Shown here: piece after piece, positions 8,672 to 19,020 of the stretch
How positions within the stretch are numbered: position 1 is the stretch's first letter
Layout: each line of letters begins with the position of its first letter
From: Basidiobolus ranarum
Taxonomy: Eukaryota
DNA length: 36,031 nt
Assembly: GCA_040143965.1 (NCBI GenBank)
Contig: JASJQH010000061.1
Coordinates: forward strand, 1-36,031
Reading direction: 5' to 3'
Notes under the pieces: model-generated
Told to the model about the DNA's origin: nothing
Databases searched by the model: none
What the model saw: only the letters and a program-made list of their open reading frames with translations
Translations under genes and position numbers: made by a program

Positions 8672-9924
8672 TTTGCATATTTTTTATCTAAGCCGTAACT
8701 CTACACTCCAATACAGTTGAAACTACAACAAACCTAAAATGGTTTCTCTTACAGCTCCAAGCGATGTACACAAAGTTACCTTAATCATAGTCATAAATTA
8801 TATTTAATAAGTAAAGTCTACTGAACCTTTTGGTTTAATGTGTGCCTCAGTGAAATTTATTTCCTTGCCCACTACTCAGTGTATCTTAATAGATCTATTG
8901 TATTTTGTCTTGTTTTCACTCCTATGTCTAGTCATCTAGTATCCCTAGAACACCAAACCTAGCTGCCTATTAACCATCTCACTACTATAGCATAGCAAAA
9001 TCTTTCCTACTCTCAAGACCTTTATTAGTCCAGATCTGCTCTGCTAATATCACTACTTTGACCGTTTCTGTGACTTTTCTCTTCAGCGCATTACCTAGAT
9101 ACATAAACCTTGCTACGATTTCTCAGTTTGTTATACAGAGGCAGGCTGATTCTATATATCAAATAATATGAAATTACTGCTTGTATGTCAAATCCTAGAT
9201 TTTATTGATATATTTGTCGTAAATGCGCTTATATCTCTGGTCTTTTCTCCATTGAGTCAATTTTCTCACCAAGCATTCATTTTTTGTATATCTGATCATG
9301 CAACACTTGAAGTTTTGCTGTTATTCAGTACAACGGCCTTAGTTATCATTCCTATATATCCTAATGTAGTTGTGATCCTTAGAATGAATATTTGAGTTGC
9401 TCTTAGTGAATTGAATTGAATTGTGGCAATGGCGCTCTGCTAGTAACATAGATATAGTCAAGCCATTGGCATCATATCATAGGCTTTGACTTGCATTTCC
9501 ACTTGCTGAATATGTTTCAATTTGGGCACAAGGTAGAATGAGATAAATCTATATTTACAGATAACATAATATCACTGCCAAAAAGCCCTAATGTTCTTTA
9601 AACTGATGATGGACAGAATGACTGTAGATAACTATTTAACTATGTGTTGGTTTCAATGACAGACAAGAAAAGGATATTAACATCATCATATCCGAAACTA
9701 CTCACCGAAGATATACTAAACGACTGTAACCAAATACTAACGCAAGTAACTAACAGCCTTGATTGATAATAAGGCATCTAATCCAACAAAATGTATCTCC
9801 TTCCAGTACCCATTCTTATTCCATTTGACACAAAAAGTACAACAGTTTAGTCCGACCATAAAAATTTATTCGAGGTTCTTTCTAGGGATGTGGTTTACAA
9901 CTAGGGAATCATCAAGGATGACGT

Positions 9925-10474
9925 TTAGTTCTTCTTGAGGACAGCAATTTGCTTACCAACAATGTTACGACGTTGCTTTCTCAACTTCATAAGCTTGAAA
10001 CGATCGAAATCGGTCAAAGCGGCACGCTTTTGACGAGCATCGAGCTTTTGGGCCCAGGTGGTCTTGTTCCAGGTGGCAACGATTTCTTGCTTCTCAATGG
10101 CCTTTTGGAGAGCACCGGAACCGACAGAACGAGGAAGACTCTTGACAACCAAAGGAGTCAAGGTAAGACGACGGTAAGCATAGGCTTGACGGGAGACACC
10201 GGTGGTGGGGCCATCGACAATAGCCTAAAGTACAACTTAATTAATCAAAAGTTCCATTACCAAGATGTGGTTCACTAATACGTACTCTGTTGTGATCCAA
10301 GATCTCAACGATGACGGCGAGCTTGCCAGCTTCAGGACCGTGGTTGAGTAAGACAACTCTGCCAACTTCGACAATACGTTTGAAAGAATCTTGCTACAAT
10401 CCGAAACAATAATTAGTGTCAAGGAGCAATTGAATTGACTCAAATAAACATATAAAATGTACACATACAGTCAT
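9925..10474 (-). CDS. RPL14: 60S ribosomal protein L14 (eL14); exons 10474-10469, 10393-10286, 10224-9925
   Basis: Spliced product [16 protein letters not shown]...[20 protein letters not shown]...[13 protein letters not shown]; both introns are GT-AG and preserve the frame. Confidence 0.96.
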
Positions 10475-10881
10475 TTGAATTGACTTTACTTCACTCTCAC
10501 TCAACAAGGTCGAGGTTATGTAACTTGGAAATGATCCAAAGAGGAAAGAGGAAGCTTCATTTACGAACTTGCTTCAATTTTTGTTCAACTAGATCCGCCT
10601 AATTTCTCCTATCCCGGACCTTTTTTTTTATCCTGGGTCAAATTTTCTTTTTTTCACCATTCCCTTTGATTTGTTTATACTAGAGACTCGCATTATCAGT
10701 GGCAATTATATTTGCATACAACTTTGAGTATCAAACTGAAAGATTTATGATCGATGATAAGATGATGTTTATAACAATAAAGGTTTAATCAAGAACTGTA
10801 CAATGAATGGTTTTCTTTTTATAGCGATGGCTACCTAAATGCTTAAATATAGGATTCAAAGTGTGTGCCAGTATGCCTACA

Positions 10882-11982
10882 TTAAAACTCTGAATGTGTA
10901 GAAGGCACAAGATCAATGGAATGATAACAAGGAAATACGAATTCCTCATCAATAAGCTTGCGAAGTTGTTCCACAATGAACCGTTCAATTTGACCGACAT
11001 TCTTTAGAACTAAATAGGGTGTACTTTGGTTATTATGAGGAGATAAGGATTGTAACTGTGTATATGTATCTACCTTGCTTTTGATTGTCACCAATCTCTG
11101 ATTCAATGTGAATATCCCCAAGTAAGCTATAGCATTGAAATGAAGCGTTCATCTTTGTAAATATAATGTGTGCTAAACATAAGATAAAACATTACAAACC
11201 TCTCTTTGGGATTTTTGGGTTCGAGAAAGCAGAAATTAACTCTATCACGAAGATGAGCAATTGCGGCGACGGCTAGACAAAGCGTACTCAATAAAATGGT
11301 CAAATCATTGGACTAATACAAACAAAATACCAGAAAAAGAAAACCCAGTCACAGTCAGTCGCACTGGTAAAGACATGAATGCAATAGAGGGGTAATTTAG
11401 CCTCAACTCTGTGGAAATTGTCAAACGCATATCGCCACTATATGAAACTCCGAAATGAATTTGTACATCTGAATCTTGCTTTACTGGTGCATGATTTCGA
11501 GAACTGTGTGACGAATCCATAGGCGAGGTTCTAGTTGAAGGTTCAGTGTGGCGAAGGTTCTCACTATGTATACTTTGAGGTTCGAAATACCCATCATCAC
11601 TGAAAACACTAGGGGGCTGTGATACAAAAAAACTGTCTGGATGGAGTTTGGGTTGGGTAATCCTTTGAGAAGAAGTGAAACTTAAGTGGGATGCAGTATC
11701 ACCGCCCATGCTGCTGCCTTCGCAAAAAGAGTCATTTTCGCTTAGTCCATCCGTACAGTTGTATTCATCCTCTTCGTCATCAGTCCAGTAGAATTCGGGA
11801 AAGGGGTCAGTGATATCGACAATTTCGACAACAGGTGGGATAGAGCCGAAGTTAAATTCGAGTACCTCAATCTCCCCCAAAAAGGAAGGACGTTTAATTT
11901 GTTGAAAACGACTATTGAGTTTATCTCGAATACTTGAAGCGATTTCACTGTCGAGCTTTTCCCAGAATATTTCAAATGACAT
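10882..11982 (-). CDS. MDM12: ERMES subunit Mdm12 (SMP domain); exons 11982-11331, 11272-11200, 11126-11074, 11009-10882
   Basis: MSFEIFWEKLD...RPSFLGEIEV..FNFGSIPPVVEIVDITDPFPEFY; LNYPSIAFMSLPVRLTVTG; IHIESEIGD; VLKNVGQIERFIVEQLRKLIDEEFVFP. Three GT-AG introns are frame-consistent. Confidence 0.92.
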
Positions 11983-12303
11983 CAAGTCTACTATGTATGT
12001 ATTCGAGTATTTATGTTCAATATGAAAAGCAGTCAAAGTTCAACAAGGAAGTAAAATTTTATTCATGTCTTCAGTAGTATTGAGTCATAGAGATTTAGCA
12101 TATCTTAGTAGTTAACTTAATCTTGAACTTTGAACAAAAAAATTGAGATCTCAAAATTTTTCAAATCGAAATAAAAAATTGGCCAACCAGCAACAAAGGT
12201 CAAGTAAAAGAATCAAATCAAATTTGGCATCATACATAAGGTTTTATTTCAGATATTTGTTTCTCTCTTTCTCATCCGTTGGCGAATATTCTATATTTCC
12301 ACA

Positions 12304-13201
12304 ATGGTATGTTACTTGAAAGCTCTCATCTAAAATGAAATCTTTAGATGGATGGCAAATATGTATTTGGATTCAACTTCATCAACTTATTCTATTCTTC
12401 CCTATGTAGGCTCGCGGACCTAGAAAACATTTGAAGCGTCTCAATGCTCCCAAGCATTGGATGTTGGACAAACTTACCGGCACCTACGCTCCTAGACCTT
12501 CTGCCGGTCCTCACAAGCTTAGAGAATGTCTTCCTTTGGTCATCTTCTTGAGAAACAGATTGAAGTATGCTCTTACCAAGAAGGAAGTTCAAAGCATTCT
12601 TATGCAACGTCTTGTTAAGGTTGATGGTAAGGTTCGTACCGACACCACCTATCCTTCTGGATTCATGGATGTTATCTCCATTGAACAAACCGGTGAACAT
12701 TTCCGTCTCGTTTACGATACCAAGGGTCGTTTCACCGTCCACAGAATTAGCGCCGAAGAAGCCAACTACAAGTTGTGCAAGGTTAAGAAGGTCCAAATTG
12801 GCGCCAAGGGTATTCCTTTCGTCATCACTCATGATGGACGTACTCTCCGTTACCCCGATCCCCTCGTCAAGGCTAACGATACCGTTAAGCTTGACCTTGA
12901 GACCGGTAAGATGACTGAATTCATCAAGTTCGATGTTGGTAACGTTGCCATGATCACCGGTGGACGCAATATGGGTCGTGTTGGTATCATCACTCACCGT
13001 GAGAAGCATCATGGTGGTTTCGATATCGTTCACGTTAAGGACGTTTTGGACCGTCAATTCGCTACTCGTATGTCCAACGTTTTCGTTATTGGTGAAGGTA
13101 ACAAGCCTTGGGTTAGCTTGCCTAAAAATAAGGGTGTTAAGCTTACTATTACTGAAGAGCGTGACCGCAGAAGAGAGAAGCAATTGGCCGGTTCTGCTTA
13201 A
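12304..13201 (+). CDS. RPS4: 40S ribosomal protein S4 (eS4); exons 12304-12306 (ATG only), 12410-13201
   Basis: [23 protein letters not shown]...[11 protein letters not shown]...; intron GTATGT..TAG at 12307-12409. Confidence 0.97.
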
Positions 13202-13648
13202 GCAGTATTTGCTCTTGTTTCCCATTTTCAATAATACGTTTTGATAATTCGGTTTCTCTCCGTGCAATAAAACCCTAGTTCACTCAATACTTGACAATAA
13301 ATTTTCCATAGTGTATGTATATCTCAAAGATACCTGTCTATCCAATGATTTATATAAGCCGTAGTATACCCAAGGCCAATTGAGATTTCATAAATAGCAT
13401 ATGAATGGGCCTCTTGTTTGGCCCATAGCTCACGGTGAAGAAGTGCCTAAAACTGTTAGCAATGGGATGATCCGGGTGAATGGATTGTACTAAAGTATGA
13501 TCTCAGCCAGATAGAATACGTATTGATCTACGTATTTCAGAACATATACTACTTTACGAAAGCACACAATAAAACATTTTCTAATATCATTCAAAGCTGT
13601 GAGGCTCTTTATTAGATGAATTGAAAATATAGCAAACAAAAGAGCTGT

Positions 13649-14174
13649 TTACAAACGACGACCACGACGACCACCCTTTCTACGGGTACTATCAGTAGGG
13701 ATGGGGGTAACATCTTCAATACGACCAATTCTCATACCAGCTCTGGCCAAAGCACGGAGAGCAGATTGAGCACCAGGACCGGGGGTCTTGGGGCCGTTAC
13801 CACCAGTAGCACGAATCTTAATGTGGAGGGCAGTGATACCGAGTTCCTTGCAACGAACAGCGACATCTTGAGCGGCCAACATAGCAGCATAAGGAGAGGA
13901 TTCATCACGATCGGCCTTAACCTTCATACCACCAGTAACACGAACCATAGTTTCGCGACCAGTCAAATCAGTTACGTGAACGAAAGTATCGTTGAAAGAG
14001 GCGAAGATGTGGGCAACACCGAAGACAAGTTCACCCTCACGGACTTGAGGACCGAGGGAAACGGTTTCTTGAACCTTGGTAACTTTTCCGGCTTTCTTAG
14101 ACTAAAGGAAGGAATTTTATTGTCAAAATCTAGCACATATTAGAATCAAAAGTTGTATATAACATACGTACCAT
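13649..14174 (-). CDS. RPS14: 40S ribosomal protein S14 (uS11); exons 14174-14172 (ATG only), 14101-13649
   Basis: M|SKKAGKV...[54 protein letters not shown]...[13 protein letters not shown]. Confidence 0.97.
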
Positions 14175-14617
14175 GCTGAAGGATGGACGGATGTGTGGTC
14201 AAGCCTGAAGGTGGATTCGACCAAAAACGCAAGAGGAAGTAAAATGAAATGAAATCCTGTGCAGTTAAGCAATCGAGTCGACCGGATCTGAGACAGGGGA
14301 CTGAATAAAAATTTTCAAGTTTTTTTTTGAAAAGTACAATAGCAAAATGTTACAAGTCAATGATTTATTGATAACCCTACTGATCTCTGAGTAATATTGC
14401 GTATAAAGAGTTCATAATTAAACCAAAAATTCGAAAATAAACCATCCAAGTGTTGATCGAATAAGAAAATAAGAAAATTTTATTTGATCCTCGAGGTGAT
14501 TGGCTCTAGGGCCAGGGGTGGACAAAAGATAGTGGAGGAAGTCGAATAAATATGTTAGTGAGCATTTAGAGACGCTCTTTCTCGTTACCGCTTAAGTCGT
14601 AGTACGGTCTATCCATA

Positions 14618-14881
14618 ATGGTTGGTATTTCATCCATCTTTCGTTACCGCACACAATCATATATTAACTTAAAGTCATAGGAAAAACAAGCCCCTGTCAA
14701 GCACGCTAAGGTCATCAAGGTTCTCGGCCGTACCGGCTCTCGTGGTGGTGTCACTCAAGTCCGTGTTGAATTCATGGATGATACCTCTCGTTCTATTATT
14801 CGTAACGTCAAGGGTCCCGTCCGCGAAAACGATATTTTGGTTCTTATGGAATCTGAACGTGAAGCTAGACGTCTTCGTTAA
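14618..14881 (+). CDS. RPS28: 40S ribosomal protein S28 (eS28); exons 14618-14620 (ATG only), 14681-14881
   Basis: Absent from the ORF track. Manual translation gives [67 protein letters not shown]. Confidence 0.96.
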
Positions 14882-15551
14882 GAAGGTTTTGCTTATCGAA
14901 GTGAACATTTCGGGCTAACTATACCCGTACACTAAATACATTGTCAATAAAAGTTGTGGCCGCCTATTAGCGCAGCCTTTCTTCTATTCATATATCAACT
15001 ATCCCTTACCCAAAGATTAACATTGTTTAGCTGACAACTGCAGGATTTAGCTAGATGCTGCTATTGATGGAAGCATGCAACAGTTGCACTCAGAATGCAA
15101 GCATTTGATGTCGTCAAATATGTAGGAGATCAAACGCATTTCAAACGGGGTGTGGAGAAGATCTCGTTCTTATTAACATTGATGTTGTTGAACAATTGTA
15201 GTGCTAGGAAATTTGATATTCATAAATATGGCATTTAATCAATCACTGAGATGATGCTGCGTCGCTTCTTTGCTTATACTCATGGTTCTTGTGACTTCAG
15301 CCTCATGATAGAGTGTAAGTACCAGTCACCCAATCAAGGATATTGGATGATCATTTTAAGAATAGTCTTATTTGATCGGCCATAAATTCACAGTCATACT
15401 TAAGCTAATCTAATGATACATGAATGTCGGAATTTGAAGAAACAAGATGCTATGCTACTAAGCTCTTGTTTAACAACAATACTAGTATATTTTTAACCTT
15501 TTACCTGTACAGGTTTTGTTTCTTACTTGTTTTTGGTATTTGTCTTCCATA

Positions 15552-17374
15552 ATGAATTTGAGTCGACCTTCTCCTTCTTCTTCTCCTACCGATGCACCTA
15601 ATCTACTCTATGCTGGCTTCAACCAAGACTATGGTTGTTTTGCAGTTGGCCTAAAAAGTGGATTTCGCATATATAATTGTGACCCCTTGAAGGAGAAAAT
15701 GAGAAAGGGTATATATATAAAGGTTTCCAACTTTCAACGAAGTACATGAGATTAACTACGTTTCTCTTAGAATTCGACGATGGTGGGTTGGGAATCGTCG
15801 AGATGCTTTTCCGTTGCAACTATTTGGCACTTGTTGGTGGCGGAAAGAACCCAAAGTATTCACCCAACAAGGTCATAATTTGGGATGATTTAAAAGGAAA
15901 AGGGATCATTGAATTGGAATTTCGAAGCGAGGTGAAAAATGTTAAACTTCGTAGAGACAGGTATCAAAGATTACTCTCATAGTTAATTAAGCTTGTCAAT
16001 TGAACAGTTCTTGCTTACATTTAGGATTGTTATAGTTTTGGAAAACAAAGTATTTGTATACACATTTAGTGCTTCGCCACAAAAGCTTCAGGTATATGAA
16101 ACAACTGACAATGAAAAAGGTTGAATTAATTTCCCTTTACCTTATTTGTTGGTAACTATTCTCACCATTTTTCAGGCTTAGTTGCATTATCTCCTGGCCA
16201 AAGTTCCTCCATTCTTGCTTTTCCGGGACGTCAACCAGGTCATGTGCAAATCATTGATTTGAATACTCTAGTTCCAACTACTGTTTCAACCACGCTATCA
16301 ACCTCTCCGACTGGGCAATCTTTTCCAGGAACAATTCTTGGACTTTCTACTAATCACAGACACTCCATGTCCTCACAGCATTCACCATTAAATCAATCTA
16401 GCAGTCAGCCCATTAAATTTGGATCTCCAAAGATCGGGAGACATCCCAGCGCTGCCTCACACACGGCTACGACAACCAGTACTTTAACCTCCAATGTAAG
16501 CATTATCGCTGCGCATACCACGATATTAAGTAGTCTGGCAATTAGTTTCGATGGGTCGAAAATAGCCACAGCCAGTATAAAGGTACTTGGTTAATTTTAA
16601 CAATGATGGTACATGTAGCGCATGCTTACATATCCATAGGGAACTCTGATTCGAGTTTTTGATTCTTCATCAGGGAAACTGCTGAACGAGTTGAGAAGAG
16701 GGTTTGATCGAGCGGAAATATATAGGTATGTTAGTATCAAGTATAGTTGAACTGCTTTATCTGACTTTTTCTTCACAGTATTGCTTTTAGCCATGATGGT
16801 GCTCGATTATGCGTATCTTCAGACAAAGGAACTGTACACATCTTCAATCTCGAATTCGACTATGATTCTATGGAAAGGACTGGGAGCAATATATCCCCTT
16901 ATTACGGAGTGTTAAATATTAGGTAATTAGTGAAGATTGCAAGCTCGTTTCTATGAAGCTGACTTTTCATTATAGAGATCAAATAGCCCATTCTGCTTCA
17001 ACAGGAAACCGACTCTCAAGGTAGACAATTCATAAATTGTATAGTCTAGTTTCTATAATTTAACCATGGTATTATTAGCTTTTCATTCATGAAGGATTTA
17101 CTTCCTAAATACTTCTCATCTGAATGGAGCTTTGCCCATTTTCATGTTGCTACAGAAGGACGATGCATTTGTGGATTCGGCTCCGAAAAAAATACAGTTA
17201 TCGGTAAACAAAATCAACATTTCATAGGTCCAAACATTGTATACTAACTTACTAGTTGCAATAGCTATCTGCGCTGATGGAAGTTGCTACAAATTCTCCT
17301 TTGATCTTCGTAAAGGCGGGGAATGTATACGAGAGTCATATATCAAATTCCTCAAGAAAATTGAAGACGATTGA
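15552..17374 (+). CDS. HSV2: PROPPIN WD40 phosphoinositide-binding protein, Hsv2/WIPI3-WIPI4 type; multi-exon (about 9 exons)
   Basis: [85 protein letters not shown] (LRRG lipid motif of the Hsv2/WIPI3-4 subgroup); [22 protein letters not shown]. Confidence 0.85.
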
Positions 17375-17847
17375 TAGTGAAATCCACATCAAATCCTCCA
17401 ACGAACGTAAATCCAGCCATCTTTACTTCCTTTCCTCCTATGTATTTTACATTTATATATCTCTAATACAGGATTGTTTCTATAAATCTTTCCCACTTCG
17501 AACAATCACTCACTCATTTTGTATCTGATCGAAACTAGGCACAGATATGTATTTTTCTTCCACATTATGTACTATCGAATCGACATGTCAATTCTACCAC
17601 TCAATAAACAAACACCGACACTTTCCTCTAAATATTACTTACATACATTTCTCGTTGTGAAGTTGATCATTTAAAAGGTCAGTTGTAGAATATTGATATT
17701 TTATACAAGCATCATTAGTTTTTGGAATAGATTTAAGAATTTCAATTATAAATAGGGTTATGTATTTATCAATTTTTAACCATTGGGCTGGATTCATGAC
17801 TGATTTCCATCTCTGAGGTTCGCTTACTTGTTTTCGTAACAAACAAT

Positions 17848-18757
17848 ATGCCTCCAAAGAACTCAGAAACCGTGCGTATCTTCTTGAACATAGTTATTGG
17901 TGATCAAGAAGAGCATGCTCTGTTAGTTGGAAACTATGAGAGAACACTAGAGTTCGTTAATACTGACGGCAGAGCTTATGGTTTACCCGAAATCAAGTCG
18001 TTAGATGAATTAGACGAAGAACAAAAAGAAATGACTAAAGAGTTGTATGAAAGTAATCCTACCTTCTCTTCCAAAGTAATCAAATTCTCTACCTTTATGG
18101 CGTTTTCAAGACAAATTTACGTGTGCTCACAAACAAACATTCACTTATAGGGGCCTATTCAGCTCTCCAAACCAAAAGATCTACCAGGTGGTCGTCTCGT
18201 TCTGGAACTATTTAACAAAGATTGCCCAAAAACTAGTGAAAACTTTAGATGCTTATGTACTGGTGAACGTGGTATATCTAAATCAACCAAAAAGCCCTTA
18301 CATTATGAAGGGTCCAAATTCTTTCGAATTGTTCCAGATTTCATAGTACAAGGTGGAGATTTTACACGAGGTTTGTATCATTTAAACTATTGTTGTCTCG
18401 ATATTCAATTCTCTAATTTTCATTGAATAATTCATGAACTGAATAGGTGACGGTTCTGGTGGTGATTCTATCTATAACTCAAAATTCTCTGATGAACCCG
18501 CTGGGTTGAAAAAGAAGTTCGACAAGAAGGGACTCTTGGGTATGGCTAATTCTGGTAAGAACTCCAACACGTCCCAGTTCTTTCTGACGTTGACCGATGA
18601 TGCCAAGAAATTAGCAAAGATGAATGGTAAACACGTACTCTTTGGTCAGGTAGTGGAGGGGTTGGAAGTCCTTGATGCAATCAACAGTGTTGAATCCAAA
18701 TCGGATGCACCCACCACTGATATCATGATTGTTTCTTGCGGAGAAGTATCTGTTTAG
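17848..18757 (+). CDS. Cyclophilin-type peptidyl-prolyl isomerase with a large N-terminal loop insertion; exons 17848-18075, 18151-18370, 18447-18757
   Basis: [89 protein letters not shown]. Confidence 0.93.
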
Positions 18758-19020
18758 ACTATGGGATCTTGCTGCGTATGATTTATGTTCGTGTCGCTCC
18801 TAATTCACCAAGTCATTCTACAGCTTGTATATGTTTGGATAGCACGTTACTTGTAGTCAATAATAATAAGCCAAAAGTCCCCAATTTTTGAACTATTTTT
18901 ATTTTCTTATTTTATACAAGTGGCACTAAAATCACCGTCAGTACAGCGAGTTCAATTAAAAAGAAAGGTACTAAGATAAAGAAGTATGCTGTGGCGAAAC
19001 GAAGTGTATAATGGTAAGAT

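Noticed and set aside
9168-9395. 75-aa hydrophobic ORF as a small membrane protein
   Set aside because: The hydrophobicity follows from T-rich sequence, the antisense of an A-rich, probably TE-derived remnant; no other support.
12392-13267. 291-aa minus-strand ORF overlapping RPS4
   Set aside because: Antisense shadow caused by the strong codon bias of RPS4; no ATG start and no recognisable motifs.
9949-14908. Antisense ORFs over RPL14 (9949-10278), RPS14 (13766-14143) and RPS28 (14675-14908)
   Set aside because: Same codon-bias shadows; the opposite strand encodes unambiguous ribosomal proteins.
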